64,000 nucleotides of DNA from Camelus dromedarius (Eukaryota): positions 78,308,001-78,372,000 of the forward strand of contig NC_087436.1 of assembly GCF_036321535.1 (NCBI RefSeq). The letters are read 5' to 3'. Under the pieces are notes generated by a model, which was not told the DNA's origin, searched no databases, and saw only the letters and a program-made list of their open reading frames with translations. The position numbers and the translations under genes were made by a program. This document shows, in pieces, positions 25,504 through 37,595 of the stretch (position 1 is its first letter; each line of letters starts with the position of its first letter).

Positions 25504-26012
25504 GAGACTTACAAGAAATTGGCTCACACAACTATAGAGGCTGACAAGTCCCAAGATCTACTGGGTGAGTTGGCAAGCTGGAGGCCCAGGAGAGGCAGTG
25601 GTATAGTTCCAGTCCAAGGCTGGCAGGCTGCAGACCCAGGAAGGGCTGATGTTTCAATTTGAGTCCAAAGGCAGGATGGTGCCAATGTCCAACTTCAAAG
25701 GCAATCAGGCAGGAGGAATTCTCTCTTACTTGGGGAAGGGTCAGCCTTTTTGTTCTATCCAGGCCTACAACTGATTGGATGAGGCCTATCAGAATTAGGG
25801 AAGGCAATCCGCTTCACTCAGTCCACTCATTTAAATGTTAATCTCACCCAAAAACTCACAGACATACCCAGAAATAATGCTGGACCATCTATCCGGGCAC
25901 TCAGTCAAGTTGACGCATGAAATTAACCATCATACCTACTGATTCAGAATCTGCATTTTAACAAGATCCCCCAGGCCATTCACAGGCCCGTCGGAGAAGC
26001 ACCAGTCTGGTC
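25310..26012. mobile_element. MER5A hAT element split by an MLT2 insertion (halves ~25310-25401 and ~25935-26012)
   Basis: gcatcagcattacctggaaacttgttagagatgcagaatctcaggcccc | ctgattcagaatctgcattttaacaagatccccca. Confidence 0.88.
25402..25934 (-). mobile_element. ERVL MLT2B-like solo LTR containing (CA)n at ~25465-25500
   Basis: tgtagtagtcaggttctccagag ... aaattaaccatcata. TSD cccac (25397-25401) / cctac (25935-25939). Confidence 0.9.
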
Positions 26013-26209
26013 TACGCACCCAAGGATGTCACTGAAACATGAACAAATAACTACAACACAGCACAGCTCCAACCACAGTCCGATCAGTCCAAGATGGGGG
26101 GTGACAGGCATAGAAAGCAGGGAACAACCTCCTGAGCAGACCAGGAGAGACCGCACAGAAGCCCTCACGGAAGAGGGCCCCCTGGGCGAGGGGTTCAAGG
26201 GGAACAGGA

Positions 26210-26462
26210 GTGCCCCATACATGGCCTCTGCAGTCAGACTGCCCGGATTTAAAGCAATAACTCTGCCACTTACTGCTTGTGTGACCTGCGATGAGTAATG
26301 TAACTTCGCTGAGCCTCAAATTTCCCATCTGGAACACAGGGACAATGATAATACCTACCTCATAAGGTCCCTGCAATAGTTACATAAGCTAATACATGCA
26401 AAGTTAAAACAATGCTTGACACTTATTATGCACTAAAAATGTAAACTGTCACCATCCTCATC
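26210..26462 (+). mobile_element. MIR SINE
   Basis: ctctgcagtcagactgcc..ctctgccacttactgc..gcctcaaatttcccatctg. Confidence 0.85.
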
Positions 26463-26664
26463 ATGTTCTTAGATCTTCTAATCCACAAGGTAGCTAGTGT
26501 TTGTCGCTCATTTTGTTTAACATTAGATTTGCCTCTGTGCTATGAACAATGACATCACCCTTCATATATAAGCTTCCTGGATTCTCCTGACACTAAGGTC
26601 AAAGAACATAAATGCTAATGTCCTTAGAAATCCTAGGCTAACCCACAACAAGGACCCTCAATAA

Positions 26665-26930
26665 TTGTAAGAAATGGCATTTATTGTATGCTTACCACAA
26701 GCCAGAAAACACCACAAGCACTAAGCTGCACTAATTCACTTAATCCTCGTAACAACCACTTGAGGTAGGCAGTGTTAGCTCTATTTTGGAGGAGGAAACA
26801 GAGACAAAGCAAGGTTAAGCAACTTGCCCAAGTTCACAGAGATAATAAGCAACAGATAAGAAGCAACATTTACATCCAGGCATTCTGACTCCATAGCCCA
26901 CATGCTTAACCACTAGGCAACACTGTCTCT
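26665..26930 (-). mobile_element. MIR SINE
   Basis: taatcctcgtaacaacc..gaggaaacagag..aggttaagcaacttgcccaag..ctgactcc. Confidence 0.85.
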
Positions 26931-27124
26931 CAACAGGGTAAACATTGGGGAGAAGAATTTAGGAAGATGATTTATAATCACATGTCTGTGTCTTCCTGTA
27001 GATCTGATAAGCTTGGAAGACGTAGGTTAGTCTTCTCTTTCTACTGTAAGTTCAGAATGACAAAGAATTTAAAAGATACAATAAATATTGAGTAGCAAGA
27101 TCAGAGGTCTACCCGGGGGAATCT

Positions 27125-27563
27125 ATTTCCTATAATAGGGTAATGCTAGTTGATGTAACAAACAGACCTACAGAAGTACAAAAGCTCAAACACAATTAAC
27201 AATTTATTTCCTGCTCAGGGAAGAATCCAAGGTGGATGTTCCTAGTTGACAGGTGGCGCTGCTCCTCACAGCGGTTCCGTCCTGTAGCTCTGCCCAGCCC
27301 AGGTGGAGTCATCTGCATCCAGCCAGTGGAGAAGAAAAGGAGGAACACAAAAGCATCCCTGCTTCTTAAACGCCATGGCCAGGAAGTGACACATATCATT
27401 CCCCTTCACATTCTATTAGTGAGAAACGGCTACATGGCCATGCTTAGGGGCAAAAAGGGCTGGGAAATTTAGCCCCAGCTGGATAGCTACTTACCAGGGA
27501 CAACTGTGTACTATTGAAAGAGGAACATGAATTTGGGGGGTACAGCTAGCCACCTCTGCCACA
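27125..27563 (-). mobile_element. MaLR LTR (MLT1I/J/K-like)
   Basis: ggaagtgacacatatca..cacattctatt..catggcc..gggctgggaaat..acctctgccaca. Confidence 0.75.
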
Positions 27564-28569
27564 TGGGGATCACATGGGCTCTCCATTACTCAGGGATACA
27601 GGATAGTCTGTGGGAGATGCTCCCTGGGGGAGATGCTCCCTGGGGAATCTGATGGGAAAACAATCGACCCCATTTCTACAGCACATCCCAGTCACTGGTG
27701 ATGGGGAGGGCAGTGCTGCTTGAGAGCACTAGATGCACAGACCATGGTCTCCTAAACTTGACTATAAAGCCAAGATCAAGGCTCGTACAATCCTCACCCA
27801 TCACCTAGTATTTAAAAAAAAAAAAGGATGTAAAGTCAATCCTTTGTGTTTACTTAATACTTGCTGATTAAAATATCTGCTTATGCTGATGAAAAATATT
27901 TCTGGTATCAGTACACAGAAATTCTCAGTCATTTTAGATGAAGAAAATAATCTGAAATGGTTAAACTCCCAAGTGAGTGATTAATATGCAGTAAACAGAA
28001 TGAATGGCATGAACTGACTTTCAGAACAGCAGGAAAAGGGTTCTGATGCATTCAATGCCAATATACTTCCTTATAAATATCTTCCAAGTCCTAATTCTTA
28101 TAGTAACTATGGCTAAATGTGGCCAGCACAGAGAAAACATAAGTTTAAAAGCCTTTGACCTAGAGAATCTATTTCAATAAAGTAAAAAATAAAAATGTAA
28201 CTTCAAATACGCATTTTGCCCCTTCTAGAGAGGCTCATTACCACCCTCTAACAACACATCCGGGCAGACCTGAGAAGCAGAGGAAACACTTTCCTTGCCT
28301 AGTAAATTATTTTGCAAAGCTGGATTTAAATGTCAAGTATGTCAAGCCTAGGGCCTTCTCTGCCTTATTTATATCATTAAGTAATAAAATTAAAGCTGTA
28401 TTAAACATTTGAAGCTTCAGGTTGGTTCCAGGTATATTAACTTCAATCAAATCAAAATTTTGCTGAACGGATGTATATATTCCAGAAGAGGAACTGTTCC
28501 AGTAAAGAAGGCTGGACATGTCCATCTTTTTTTTGTTCTTTTAAATTAAAAATGCCTGTCATGAATCCG

Positions 28570-28907
28570 AAATTCTGCACTAAGTGAGAAACCAAACCCA
28601 GGGACTCAGCCAGGAGGCCCCTCAGTGACTGTGAAGCCTCGGGCCCAGCCCTGGGCTGCCTGGACTGCCGTGGGAAGGAAGTACGCCTCCTACGGAGAGC
28701 CCACCGAGGCCGAGCGCGGCCACGACGTGGCAGAAGCTCCTGCTCGGCTGAGCCCAGGCCCGCTCTGCTTCCTACCCTTGCCCAGCCTGGGGCGCAGGCC
28801 TCCCCAGGTCCTGTGAGCAGCCCAGCACCTTCCCAACAGTCCCCTGCGGCTTCAGTTAGCGAAAGCTGGTTTCTGCTCCTTGCAGACAAAGAACGCTGAT
28901 GGAAACA
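28570..28907 (+). mobile_element. Probable old MaLR/ERVL LTR remnant, unusually GC/CpG-rich
   Basis: The 3' end cttcagttagc..ggtttctgctccttgcagacaaagaacgctgatggaaaca resembles MLT1 termini. Confidence 0.5.
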
Positions 28908-30169
28908 CCCATACTTACACCCGAGGACGCTGAGGCTCAGAACGGTTATGTGAACTGGCAAAGGGCACATAATTGGCTGGTAAAAGAACAAAGGAAGGAA
29001 TCCTAGTCCAGTGTTCTTCCCACTCTCCTGCGTGGAGTCGCTTGCAAGGACTCTCACTTAAGGATTTATTTCTGACTATCGAACGTACTCGAACGAATCT
29101 GGCATGTTTCCTGGGAGGCGACATTCTTACTTCATCCCTTTGCCCTCATTGCTTGCATCTCACAAAGGAGCCTGGACACTGAGCTGTGGACACAAGCAGC
29201 ACCCCCACATCTTAGGGGTCCCTTGGTGACAGACACGATTCTGTGAGACCCACAAAGCAGGAGGTTTGTCACTCACTTTGATTTGGCTGAACAGTCACAA
29301 CGTCCAGGTAATCTGGAGGATACAGCTGAACATGATTAGAACAATCTTTTCCTTACAGGTGTTGTGCCACGACTGAGAGTCAAAATACAGAACTTTCTAA
29401 ATTTGTGTACTAGAAATGTCACAAAGAAGTCCCACCAAGTGGCTCTTCCTGAGCGAGAATATTGTCAACCCGCCTTTTTCCCCTCACAACAGAGAGGGCC
29501 CGATACTGGGAGCAGAGGCTTTGCAGCAGGGGCACCACCAGAAATGCAGCTGATTAAGAGAGCCCCACTCAACAAAGGGGCATTGTCTAAAGGGAAGAAA
29601 AAGGCCAGGCCCTTTCACACATAGACATCCTCCTCTCCCCAGCACACTTTGCACCAAACAGAAATGAATGCTGTTTAGCATTTCCTGTTTGGTAAGTACA
29701 AGAAAGCATTAGGAGGTAGTCTAGAAATAAAGGAACAGGGCAGAAAAACCCAAGTGTCCTCCCTCATAGATCAGAAAGACTTTTTTCTTCTTCTTTAAGC
29801 AAGCGAAGATTTTGCTTAAAATGAAGAAATTCTGTATCCAAGGCAGGGAGATCTGCTTTGAATCTCTGATAGGTTTCCAGGGATATTATCTTCCCTGAAG
29901 TAAAGCGTCTAACGAAGTTTGATTTGACCCTCGAGAAAATTTTTTCTCTGCAAAATGATTCACAGAAATTATGATGAGCCAACTCTTTGAAAATCTTACC
30001 ATCATTGCCCTGCGTAATTAATAGGCTATACTGTGAAGAAACACAAGATCCCTGAACCCCAAGTGGAAACAAGGCATCCCCCAAAGGGCTGTTCTTGCCT
30101 GAATTTATGCTCCTGAACCTGGGGACGTTCCAGGACAGTGGTACTTAGGTAACATTCTTTTTTTTTTTT

Positions 30170-30762
30170 CCAAACAACAAAAATTTATTATTTCACAATT
30201 TCTGTACATTAGAAGTCTAGGCACAGACTACCTGAGTCCTCTGCTCAGGGTCTCACTAGGTCTCAAGGTGTCCGCTGGGGGTATGGTCTTATCAGAACCT
30301 GGGGCTCTTTTTCTAAGCTCATTAGCAGAGTTTCCAAGCCCATTAAGGTCATTAGTAGAATTCACTTCCTTGTGGTCATAGGACTGAGCCTGCTTTCTTG
30401 CTGGCTGTCAGCCAGAGGTCACCCTCAGCTTCCAGAGGAGCTGTCTCAGAACGTGGAGGTTTACTTCTTTAAAGCCAGCAGGAGGATCTCTTGCATTTTG
30501 AACCTCAGTCCCTTTTGAATAATGCTTACCCAATTAAGTCAGGTCCAACCAGGATAATCTCCTTTTGACCCACTCAGAGTCAACTGACGTGAGATTATAT
30601 CGGCAAAATTTCTTCATCTCTGTCATGTAATGTAACTTAACCATGGGAGTGAAAGTGTTATATACACAGACCTGCCTATACTCAAGGGGGAGAGCATTAC
30701 AAGGAGTGTGTGCAAAAGGGGGCAATAACCTTGGGGGCCACCTTGGTGCTCTGCCTACTACA
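30170..30762 (-). mobile_element. MaLR LTR (MLT1E-like)
   Basis: aaacaacaaaaatttattatttcaca..gtcctctgctcagggtctcac..gtccaaccaggataatctcc..tctgcctactaca. Confidence 0.85.
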
Positions 30763-31684
30763 TATGCCATGTCCTTTCAGAATGACTTTCTATTTTCAGC
30801 GCTGGTTCAGGATCAAAGTGCCAAGCTGAGGGTATATCAGTGAGTGCTGTGACTAAAGACCTTATGGGTCCACAGCTACAATAATCCTGTGGCTCCCATC
30901 TGCCATCATTATCTGGCAGGTAGAGGAGTAAAATTCTTATTGATCCAGAAGCAATCTTTCTCTTTCCATGGGACTACCAGAACTTCTGTCTTCCTTAAAA
31001 CTCAATGTAATTAACTTCTACAGAAAATCCTCCCTGTGGAAAGTCAACTCTGCTCTCTCGCTCTCCTCCAGCTTATTTCATTCCATCCTCCACATTAACT
31101 AGCTGTGTGTTGTTGAACAAGTCACTTTGCCTCTCTGGGTCTTGATGTCCCTCATTTATAAAATTAGAAGGAAGTGGTTGTAAGTGATCTTGAATGGGTT
31201 TCCCAAGTCTACCATTTAACTAGTCTAGATAAATGACCTGGGAAATCAAGTAGTAGTAAATGTGACTGTCTTTTACGGGGAGATGTTGTAATTAAAGGAA
31301 TCCAAAAGGAAAAGAAGATTAAGGAAGTGTGGTGATTAAAATGATACTTTTTAAAAATAACCACACACACAACAATACTATCTAAACAGAAAAGCAGAAC
31401 CGTTTAGAAAGTCACTACATTGAATGTTGGTACAAGTTCACTGTCCTGGGACTACACCAAAGCTCAGAACTGACACGATCTGGAGGCATGTCACAGGACA
31501 TGGCACCACAACCATCCCTCTGGGTGGCAGCAGTCACTGCTCTCTCCCTTTCAAACATCTCCACTCATTATTCTCATTATTCTCCAGTCATCATTCTCCA
31601 TTCAAACATCTCATCTCAACCCTGATACCTGCCACTGTACTGTGGACTTCTTCCACTTTCAAACCAGCTTTTAGTGCTGGCTCC

Positions 31685-31870
31685 CTCGTTTTCCTTACTC
31701 CCCTGAGCCTTAGTTCTTCCACCTGTAGAATGGAGATGACAATAGCTGTCCTTCTTGGGAGTTAGTCCGAAGAGAAGATAAGAGCATGTATTTGACAATA
31801 CTTGATACGCTATGAAAAACATGATGCAAATTAGGACGTCATTAGCGGTACTGTTATCAGTAATAATAAT
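31685..31870 (+). mobile_element. MIR fragment (another at ~31085-31200)
   Basis: ctgagccttagttcttccacctgtagaatggagatgacaatag. Confidence 0.65.
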
Positions 31871-31999
31871 TTAGAAATACACCCTGATAGAGTTCTGTTG
31901 CTTCTCTTGGGTCACTCAAAGCCACTTATCTTGGATAGATGCAACATAAAATTCATCAAGAAAGACAAATGCCTTTTTATGCACAACAAAGCTCCAAGA

Positions 32000-33134
32000 A
32001 TAAAAGCAAGAATAAATAAATGGGACCTAATGAAACTTACAAGCTTCTGCACAGCAAAGGAAACCAGAAGTAAAACAGACAACCTACGGAATGGGAAAAA
32101 AATTTTGCAAATGAAACCGACAAAGGCTTATCTCCAGAATATATAAGCAGCTCATACAACTCAATAAGAAAAAAATAAACAACCCAATCCAAAAATGGGC
32201 AGAAGACCTAAACAAGCAATTCTCCAAGCAAGACATACAAATGATCAATAGACACATGAAAAAATGCTCAATATCACTAATTATCAGAGAAATGCAAATC
32301 AAAGCTACAATGAGGTATCACCTCACACCAGTCAGAATGGCCATCATTCAAAAATCCACAGATAACAAATGCTGGAGAGGCTGTGGAGAAAAGGGAACCC
32401 TCCTTCACTGCTGGTGGGAATGCAGTTTAGTGCAGCCACTGTGGAAAACAGTATGGAGATTCCTCAAAAGACTAGGAATAGACTTACCGTATGACCCAGG
32501 AATTCCGCTCCTGGGCATATATCCAGAAGGAACCTTACTTCAAGATGACACCTGCACCCCAATGTTCATAGCAGCATTATTTACAATAGCCAAGACATGG
32601 AAACAGCCTAAATGTCCATCAACAGATGACTGGATAAAGAAGATGTGGTATATTTATACAATGGAATACTACTCAGCCATAAAAACCGACAACATAACGC
32701 CATTTGCAGCAACATGGATGCTCCTGGAGAATGTCATTCTAAGTGAAGTAAGCCAGAAAGAGAAAGAAAAATACCATATGAGATCACTCATATGTGGAGT
32801 CTAAAAAACAAACAAACAAACAAAGCATAAATACAAAACAGAAATAGACTCACAGACATAGAATACAAACTTGTGGTTGCAAGGGGGTGGGGGGTGGGAA
32901 GAGATAGACTGGGATTTCAAAATTGTAGAATAGATAAACAAGATTATACTGTATAGCACAGGGAAATATATACAAGATCTTATGGTAGCTCACAGAGAAA
33001 AAAATGTGACAATGAATATATATATATGTTCATTTCATTTAGTTCGTATAACTGAAAAATTGTGCTCTATACTGGAATTTGACACAACATTGTAAAATGA
33101 TTATAAATCAATAAAAAATGTTTAAAAAAAAAAA
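32000..33134 (+). mobile_element. Young 5'-truncated L1 (camelid/cetartiodactyl type) with poly-A and TSD
   Basis: ORF2 C-terminus, G-rich 3' UTR (~32882-32898), AATAAA and poly-A. TSD aaagctccaaga (31988-31999) / aaaactccaaga (33135-33146). Confidence 0.95.
32241..32804 (+). pseudogene. L1 ORF2 C-terminal remnant (187 open codons; no EN or RT domain)
   Basis: Contains the Cx3Cx7Hx4C motif [18 protein letters not shown] and [38 protein letters not shown]. Frameshifts upstream near 32075 and 32130. Confidence 0.93.
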
Positions 33135-33619
33135 AAAACTCCAAGAGACATGGAGATGTGTGCCTTCACTCTCAAGGACTCTGGGTCAAAATACGTCCTT
33201 TCAAGACTCTTGGAACCCTGAGTGGCCGGACTGAACATTCCACTTCTTTCTTCTGATATTTTTGTTGCCCATCTCACTAAGGTCTGGGAACACTCAAACA
33301 TTAATCATACACCATAATTTACGTCTCCTTCCCTTATTATAACTTTTACATAACACATGGACATCACAGCTTCCTGAATAAACCTGTGTCTTCTAAAGGT
33401 TTCCCCTGCACCACCCTTAAACATGCCTGTTCTCCGTGCACAACCTGGATGTACGTGGCAGCACAGATAATATAGCTCGTGACTCAGCTTCCACTGAGCT
33501 TCCCACCCAGCTGTAGCCAAGATTAGCAGATGCCAGTCACAATGCTATCACAGTGATATTTTTAAATTTTGGTTATGCAACAGATGGAGTATCCATGACA
33601 TGCACTGCATTGGTGATTA

Positions 33620-33800
33620 ACTAACAATAATTGTTACAAATTATTAAGCACTTACTGTGGGCCAGGGGCTAGGTACAAGGCTAACCATTTCATACGCCTT
33701 TCTCTCTTAAGCACCATGATAACCCTATGAGTTGGCTCTATTAATGTCCTAATTTAACAATGAGGAAACTGAGAATGATTGAATAATTTGCTCAAGATGT
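33620..33800 (-). mobile_element. MIR fragment
   Basis: aaccctatgag..tgaggaaactgaga..aatttgctcaag. Confidence 0.75.
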
Positions 33801-33809
33801 CTAAAGACA

Positions 33810-34632
33810 GACATCAGAAAAATGGACAAAAGACTTAGACAGACACTTCATCAAACAGGATATCCACATGGTCAATACCTGGGTAAAAGGTGATCTTTTT
33901 CAGTCACCAGGAAAAGGCCAATTAAACCACAAAGAGCTATCAAACCACCAGAATGACTAACATGAAAAGACAGGGAATGCCACGTGCTGGGGAGGGCTTG
34001 GAGCCACTGGAACCAGTAGAAGCCTAAGTCAGCACAATCACTTTGGAGAACTGAAAACATCTGCTGAAGCTAAACACACTCAGACACAAGACTTGCCATT
34101 CCATTCCAAAGGATATACTCAAGAGAAATTTTTCAGTATGTTCACCAAAAGGCACCTACTAGAATATTTTTAACAAGTATTCATCAAAATAGCCCCAAAC
34201 TCAAAACTACCCAGAGCCTCACTAACAGCAGAATGGACACAGTATGGTGAAGTCACACAATAGGATGCTACACAGCACAGAGACTGAGCAGTCCACAACT
34301 GCGGGGAATGATGCAGGTGGTCGTAGACATGCACAATCCCAGCATCATACGTGTGAACTCAGAGAAGCCAGACACAACAACGGATACAGTGCATTATTCT
34401 GTTTATAAGAAGAACAAAACCAGGCTAAACTGTTCTCTATTACTAGAAATCAGATTAGAAGCCACCCTTAGGGGAGATGGGGTGTCAGGAAGGTGACCTG
34501 AAGGAGCTTCTGGAATGCTGGTAACATCCAGGTTCTGCTCACACCAGTGTGCTCGGTTCATGAAAATCCACTAAGCCATATGCTGGGTGAAAGTTACATT
34601 TATAAATGTAATACTTCAATAACAAGTTTTCA
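33810..34632 (+). mobile_element. Old L1ME-like 3' end
   Basis: aaaaatggacaaaagacttagacagacacttca..aatagccccaaact..ggagcttctggaatgctggtaa..tacttcaataa. Confidence 0.8.
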
Positions 34633-34890
34633 AAACTGTATGTCCTCATGACGTTACATCTAGCAGAGCCGAGGTACGGTATGTAACAGAAGCAGAAGGC
34701 GACCCGAGACTTGAGCAGATGCATCATTTCTTAGCATGGGTTTTCCCGGGGCCCTGGGACACTGCCCAGAAAGGATCCTGCTACTGTTAAGAAGCTGGGT
34801 TCTGGCCACACTGCTGTCCCTCATACTCTGGCTTCCATCATCACTTCACTGGAACTCAGCATCTCAGCATCACTGTGCTTGCAGTTAAGG

Positions 34891-35405
34891 CAAGTGTTCT
34901 CAACCTGGGGCCTTCAGACCCCCAAGGAGCCCTTGGAATTCAGGGCTCCGTGAACTTAGATGGAAGAAAACTGTGTATCAGTCTACATCACTAAACTCTA
35001 CTCAACTGAAATTTAGCATTTTCCTCAACTATGAAAATAAGCAACAAAACACAGTAGTATTAAATCATCTAAGACTTTATCACCAATAAAAACATCAGGT
35101 GCTTTCATATTCATTTCAGCTGTTGCAGATGTCTTGAAATATCACTTACCCTTATTCATTACTTAGAAAGTTTGGTGATTGCTGGTTCTGCCACTGGGTA
35201 TTTTAGTCCATGTGTTAATAAACAAGCATATATATATTACTACATCACTATTTTGTATCTTTAGTCTTTTGATAACTGTATTTCAATATAACTGGTTTCC
35301 TCTGTAGTTCTATATATTCTATTTTTTGCATTTAGAAACATTATTTTGAAAAAGCATCTGCTAGCCTTCCAGATTGCCAAAGGGGTTCACAGGAGAAACA
35401 GTATG
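34891..35405. mobile_element. hAT-Charlie DNA transposon (Charlie4a-like)
   Basis: caagtgttctcaacctgggg..gtgaacttagatgg..aactgaaatttagcatttt..cagattgccaaaggggttcac. Confidence 0.75.
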
Positions 35406-35410
35406 TTCAT

Positions 35411-35867
35411 ATGGTGGCTATTTTCCGTTTACTCCACCCTCCCCCACCACCTCCCCTGCATCCTTGCCCCACATGGCCCTCGCTCTCCATGCTCCTCTGC
35501 CTTGCCCTGTGCCCCGGAAGTGTGACCTGCATGGACTCACCTGAAGGCTTTCTTTCCCCCCTCCCCTCCCCTGGTTTGGCGATGTATGAAACCCCGCTCC
35601 CTCCCTGCCTCACTAGGCTTCCAGTAGAGACTTAACTCCTCTGCAGCCATCGCTCCCAACAGTCAGCCCTCTTTCACAGCTCCATCTCTCCCAAGGCCCC
35701 AGTAGCTTTATTCCTGAGCCTTGTCCCTTCCTCCCATTACCAGTCCCTGAGATTTTAACCCTTGTTGGTTCCTTAACTCACCCACACTGCTGAAAGCTCC
35801 CCTCATTAAATTCTGCTCAGCTAAAGTCTTTTGAAAACAATTTCCATTTCCTGCCATCCTGATAACA
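35411..35867 (+). mobile_element. ERVL LTR16-like solo LTR
   Basis: ctcctctgccttgccctgtgccccggaagtgtgacctgcatggact..ccctcattaaattc..tttcctgcc..ctgataaca. Confidence 0.7.
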
Positions 35868-35954
35868 TTTACAGACACTAGGCTCACGATTTGTAGACTA
35901 AACCAGCAAGGCTATGACCCCACTCTCACTGGAGGGCAGAGTGCAAAATTGTGA

Positions 35955-35961
<7 letters not shown>

Positions 35962-35990
<29 letters not shown>
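35962..35990. repeat. (TG)n microsatellite
   Basis: Read directly from sequence. Confidence 0.97.
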
Positions 35991-37381
35991 TGCATATCTG
36001 TTTTGGGAGTGGGGAAAAATGCTCAGGGACCCTGAACAATAACTCTTTCTCCAGCTTTCCATTGCCCTGAAAAACTCTGCACAATTTGAGATGGGAAACC
36101 GGGCAAGGGATGCTGAGAAGAGGTCATGCCTGAGCTGAATGCATAGTATCCAGCAGGAGTTAGCCAGGGGAGGGGGAGGCAAGATTCTTAACAGAGGAGG
36201 TAGCCTTTTCCAAGGCACAAATGGAGGCGAATGGCTGTCAGGGGTTCTCCTGCAACCGTTAGCATCACCTGGAATAAGCCCTAGCAGCACAAGGAAGCAG
36301 GGAAGAAGCCATTCTCTGAGCAGGCAGAAGGAGAGGGAGGGTCTGCTGAAAGGAGCTCCCCGCTGTAGGGGCGCACAGCTCTCCACTCCTTACACCTGCC
36401 AGACACTCCCCTGGGCATCTCTGATTTCCCAAGGCTAGACTGACAGGAAAAAAGAAACTAGATCAAGTCCTGCTTGCAAAGACGATCATTTCTCCTAAGA
36501 TATTTCTAGGCACTTGCCCTCCCCTCTAATTCCCCAGGACAACACTGGCTGACAGCCCTCTGATATGGAAGAGTGAACGGAGAAGACTGGCCAGGCGGGG
36601 AAGGAAGAAAGGAAGGAAGCCTGCCAGGAGCACACTTCCATATATCAGTGTGTGCGCAAGATAAATAATCCCAGCCAGCCCAGGCAGCTATCAAACCAAA
36701 GGGCATGTTGCAGGTAGCAAGATAAATCGCCATTGTCAAGGATGTCTTTGTTTGTTCCCGACAGACTCTTACTATATCTCCCACTCCTGACAAAGCAGCC
36801 CCCGGAACAGGTTTCTAACACACGCTGCCCTCTGGAAACGACAGTGCTTTTAGGGAGAGAAAAATGAGCGTGAGCTCCTGGGTCCAGAAGCCAATAGACA
36901 GTACTCACTAAATACAGGTTAGAAACAAAATCTATTGGAAACAATAGCTACCTGCTGTTTTCACCAAGAGTCATTTCTGTTGATCCAGCCTCGCAAATCC
37001 GAGTCACCAGCATTTCTTCCACGGACTCATAACCATGAATCTTACCCATATTCGAGTTTCATGCAATTTCTCCTGACCCCACCATAAGCATTATATTCAC
37101 TGGCAAACATAGTACCCCAGAAGAGCTCCGTGTGGAAACATGTGTAAGAGAAATTGGTCATTTTTTTACTCTAAACATAGAAATTGTTTTAATATCTTTC
37201 CAGAAATGTCAGAAATAGGCAAACTCTTTATTTTGGGGTCATAATTATAACTATGTCTGATAAAACTTTGCAAGTATGTCCACCAAGCTCTTGTCTAGGG
37301 AATATGGGGAGGGAAACTTCAAATTATCTCTGCATCAGACTCTCTGCTCACCACCATTTCAGACACTTTAAAATTATTTGG

Positions 37382-37595
37382 GTAGCGGTTGCCAGGGGCT
37401 GGGGGAGTGAGAACTGGGAAGCTGCTGTTCAGCAGATACAAAGTTTCACTCCTGCAAGACAAGTAGGTTTTAGCAATCTGCTTGCTGTACAGTGTGCAAC
37501 TTTGTACCTGTAGTTAAGGACACTGTACTGTACACTTAAAAATGTGTCAAGAGGGGTAGATCTCATCAAGTGTTCACACCACAATACAATAAAAA
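37382..37595 (+). mobile_element. Short L1 3' end (L1MA/MB-like) with TSD
   Basis: ggttgccaggggctggggga..ctgtacacttaaaaat..gggtagatctcat..aataaaaaaa. TSD aaaattatttgg (37370-37381) / aaaatcatttgg (37596-37607) at a TT/AAAA site. Confidence 0.85.

Noticed and set aside
27002..27025. 24-nt + strand microexon-like segment (cctgtag|...|gttagt)
   Set aside because: Lies in an L2-like 3' fragment and has a mediocre donor.
27612..27643. Perfect 16-bp tandem duplication gggagatgctccctgg x2; similar small duplications at ~16428-16482, ~20475-20520, ~40771-40791 and ~63766-63780
   Set aside because: Ordinary slippage-type micro-duplications. No spacer structure, so not CRISPR-like or an array.
28452..29057. 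Longest ORF in the track (201 aa, - strand)
   Set aside because: No recognisable domain. It stays open because it crosses the GC-rich, stop-poor patch, and it has no convincing exon boundaries.
29764..30084. 106-aa - strand ORF with protein-like composition
   Set aside because: No family recognised, non-ATG start, and it runs through splice-site-like and pyrimidine-tract sequence. Compatible with chance.
35898..36386. 162-aa ORF, plus similar ORFs at 18478-18969, 20675-20950 and 56360-56797
   Set aside because: Translations of microsatellite or low-complexity DNA (HTHTH, CVCVC, poly-K) or random-looking sequence, with no recognisable homology.
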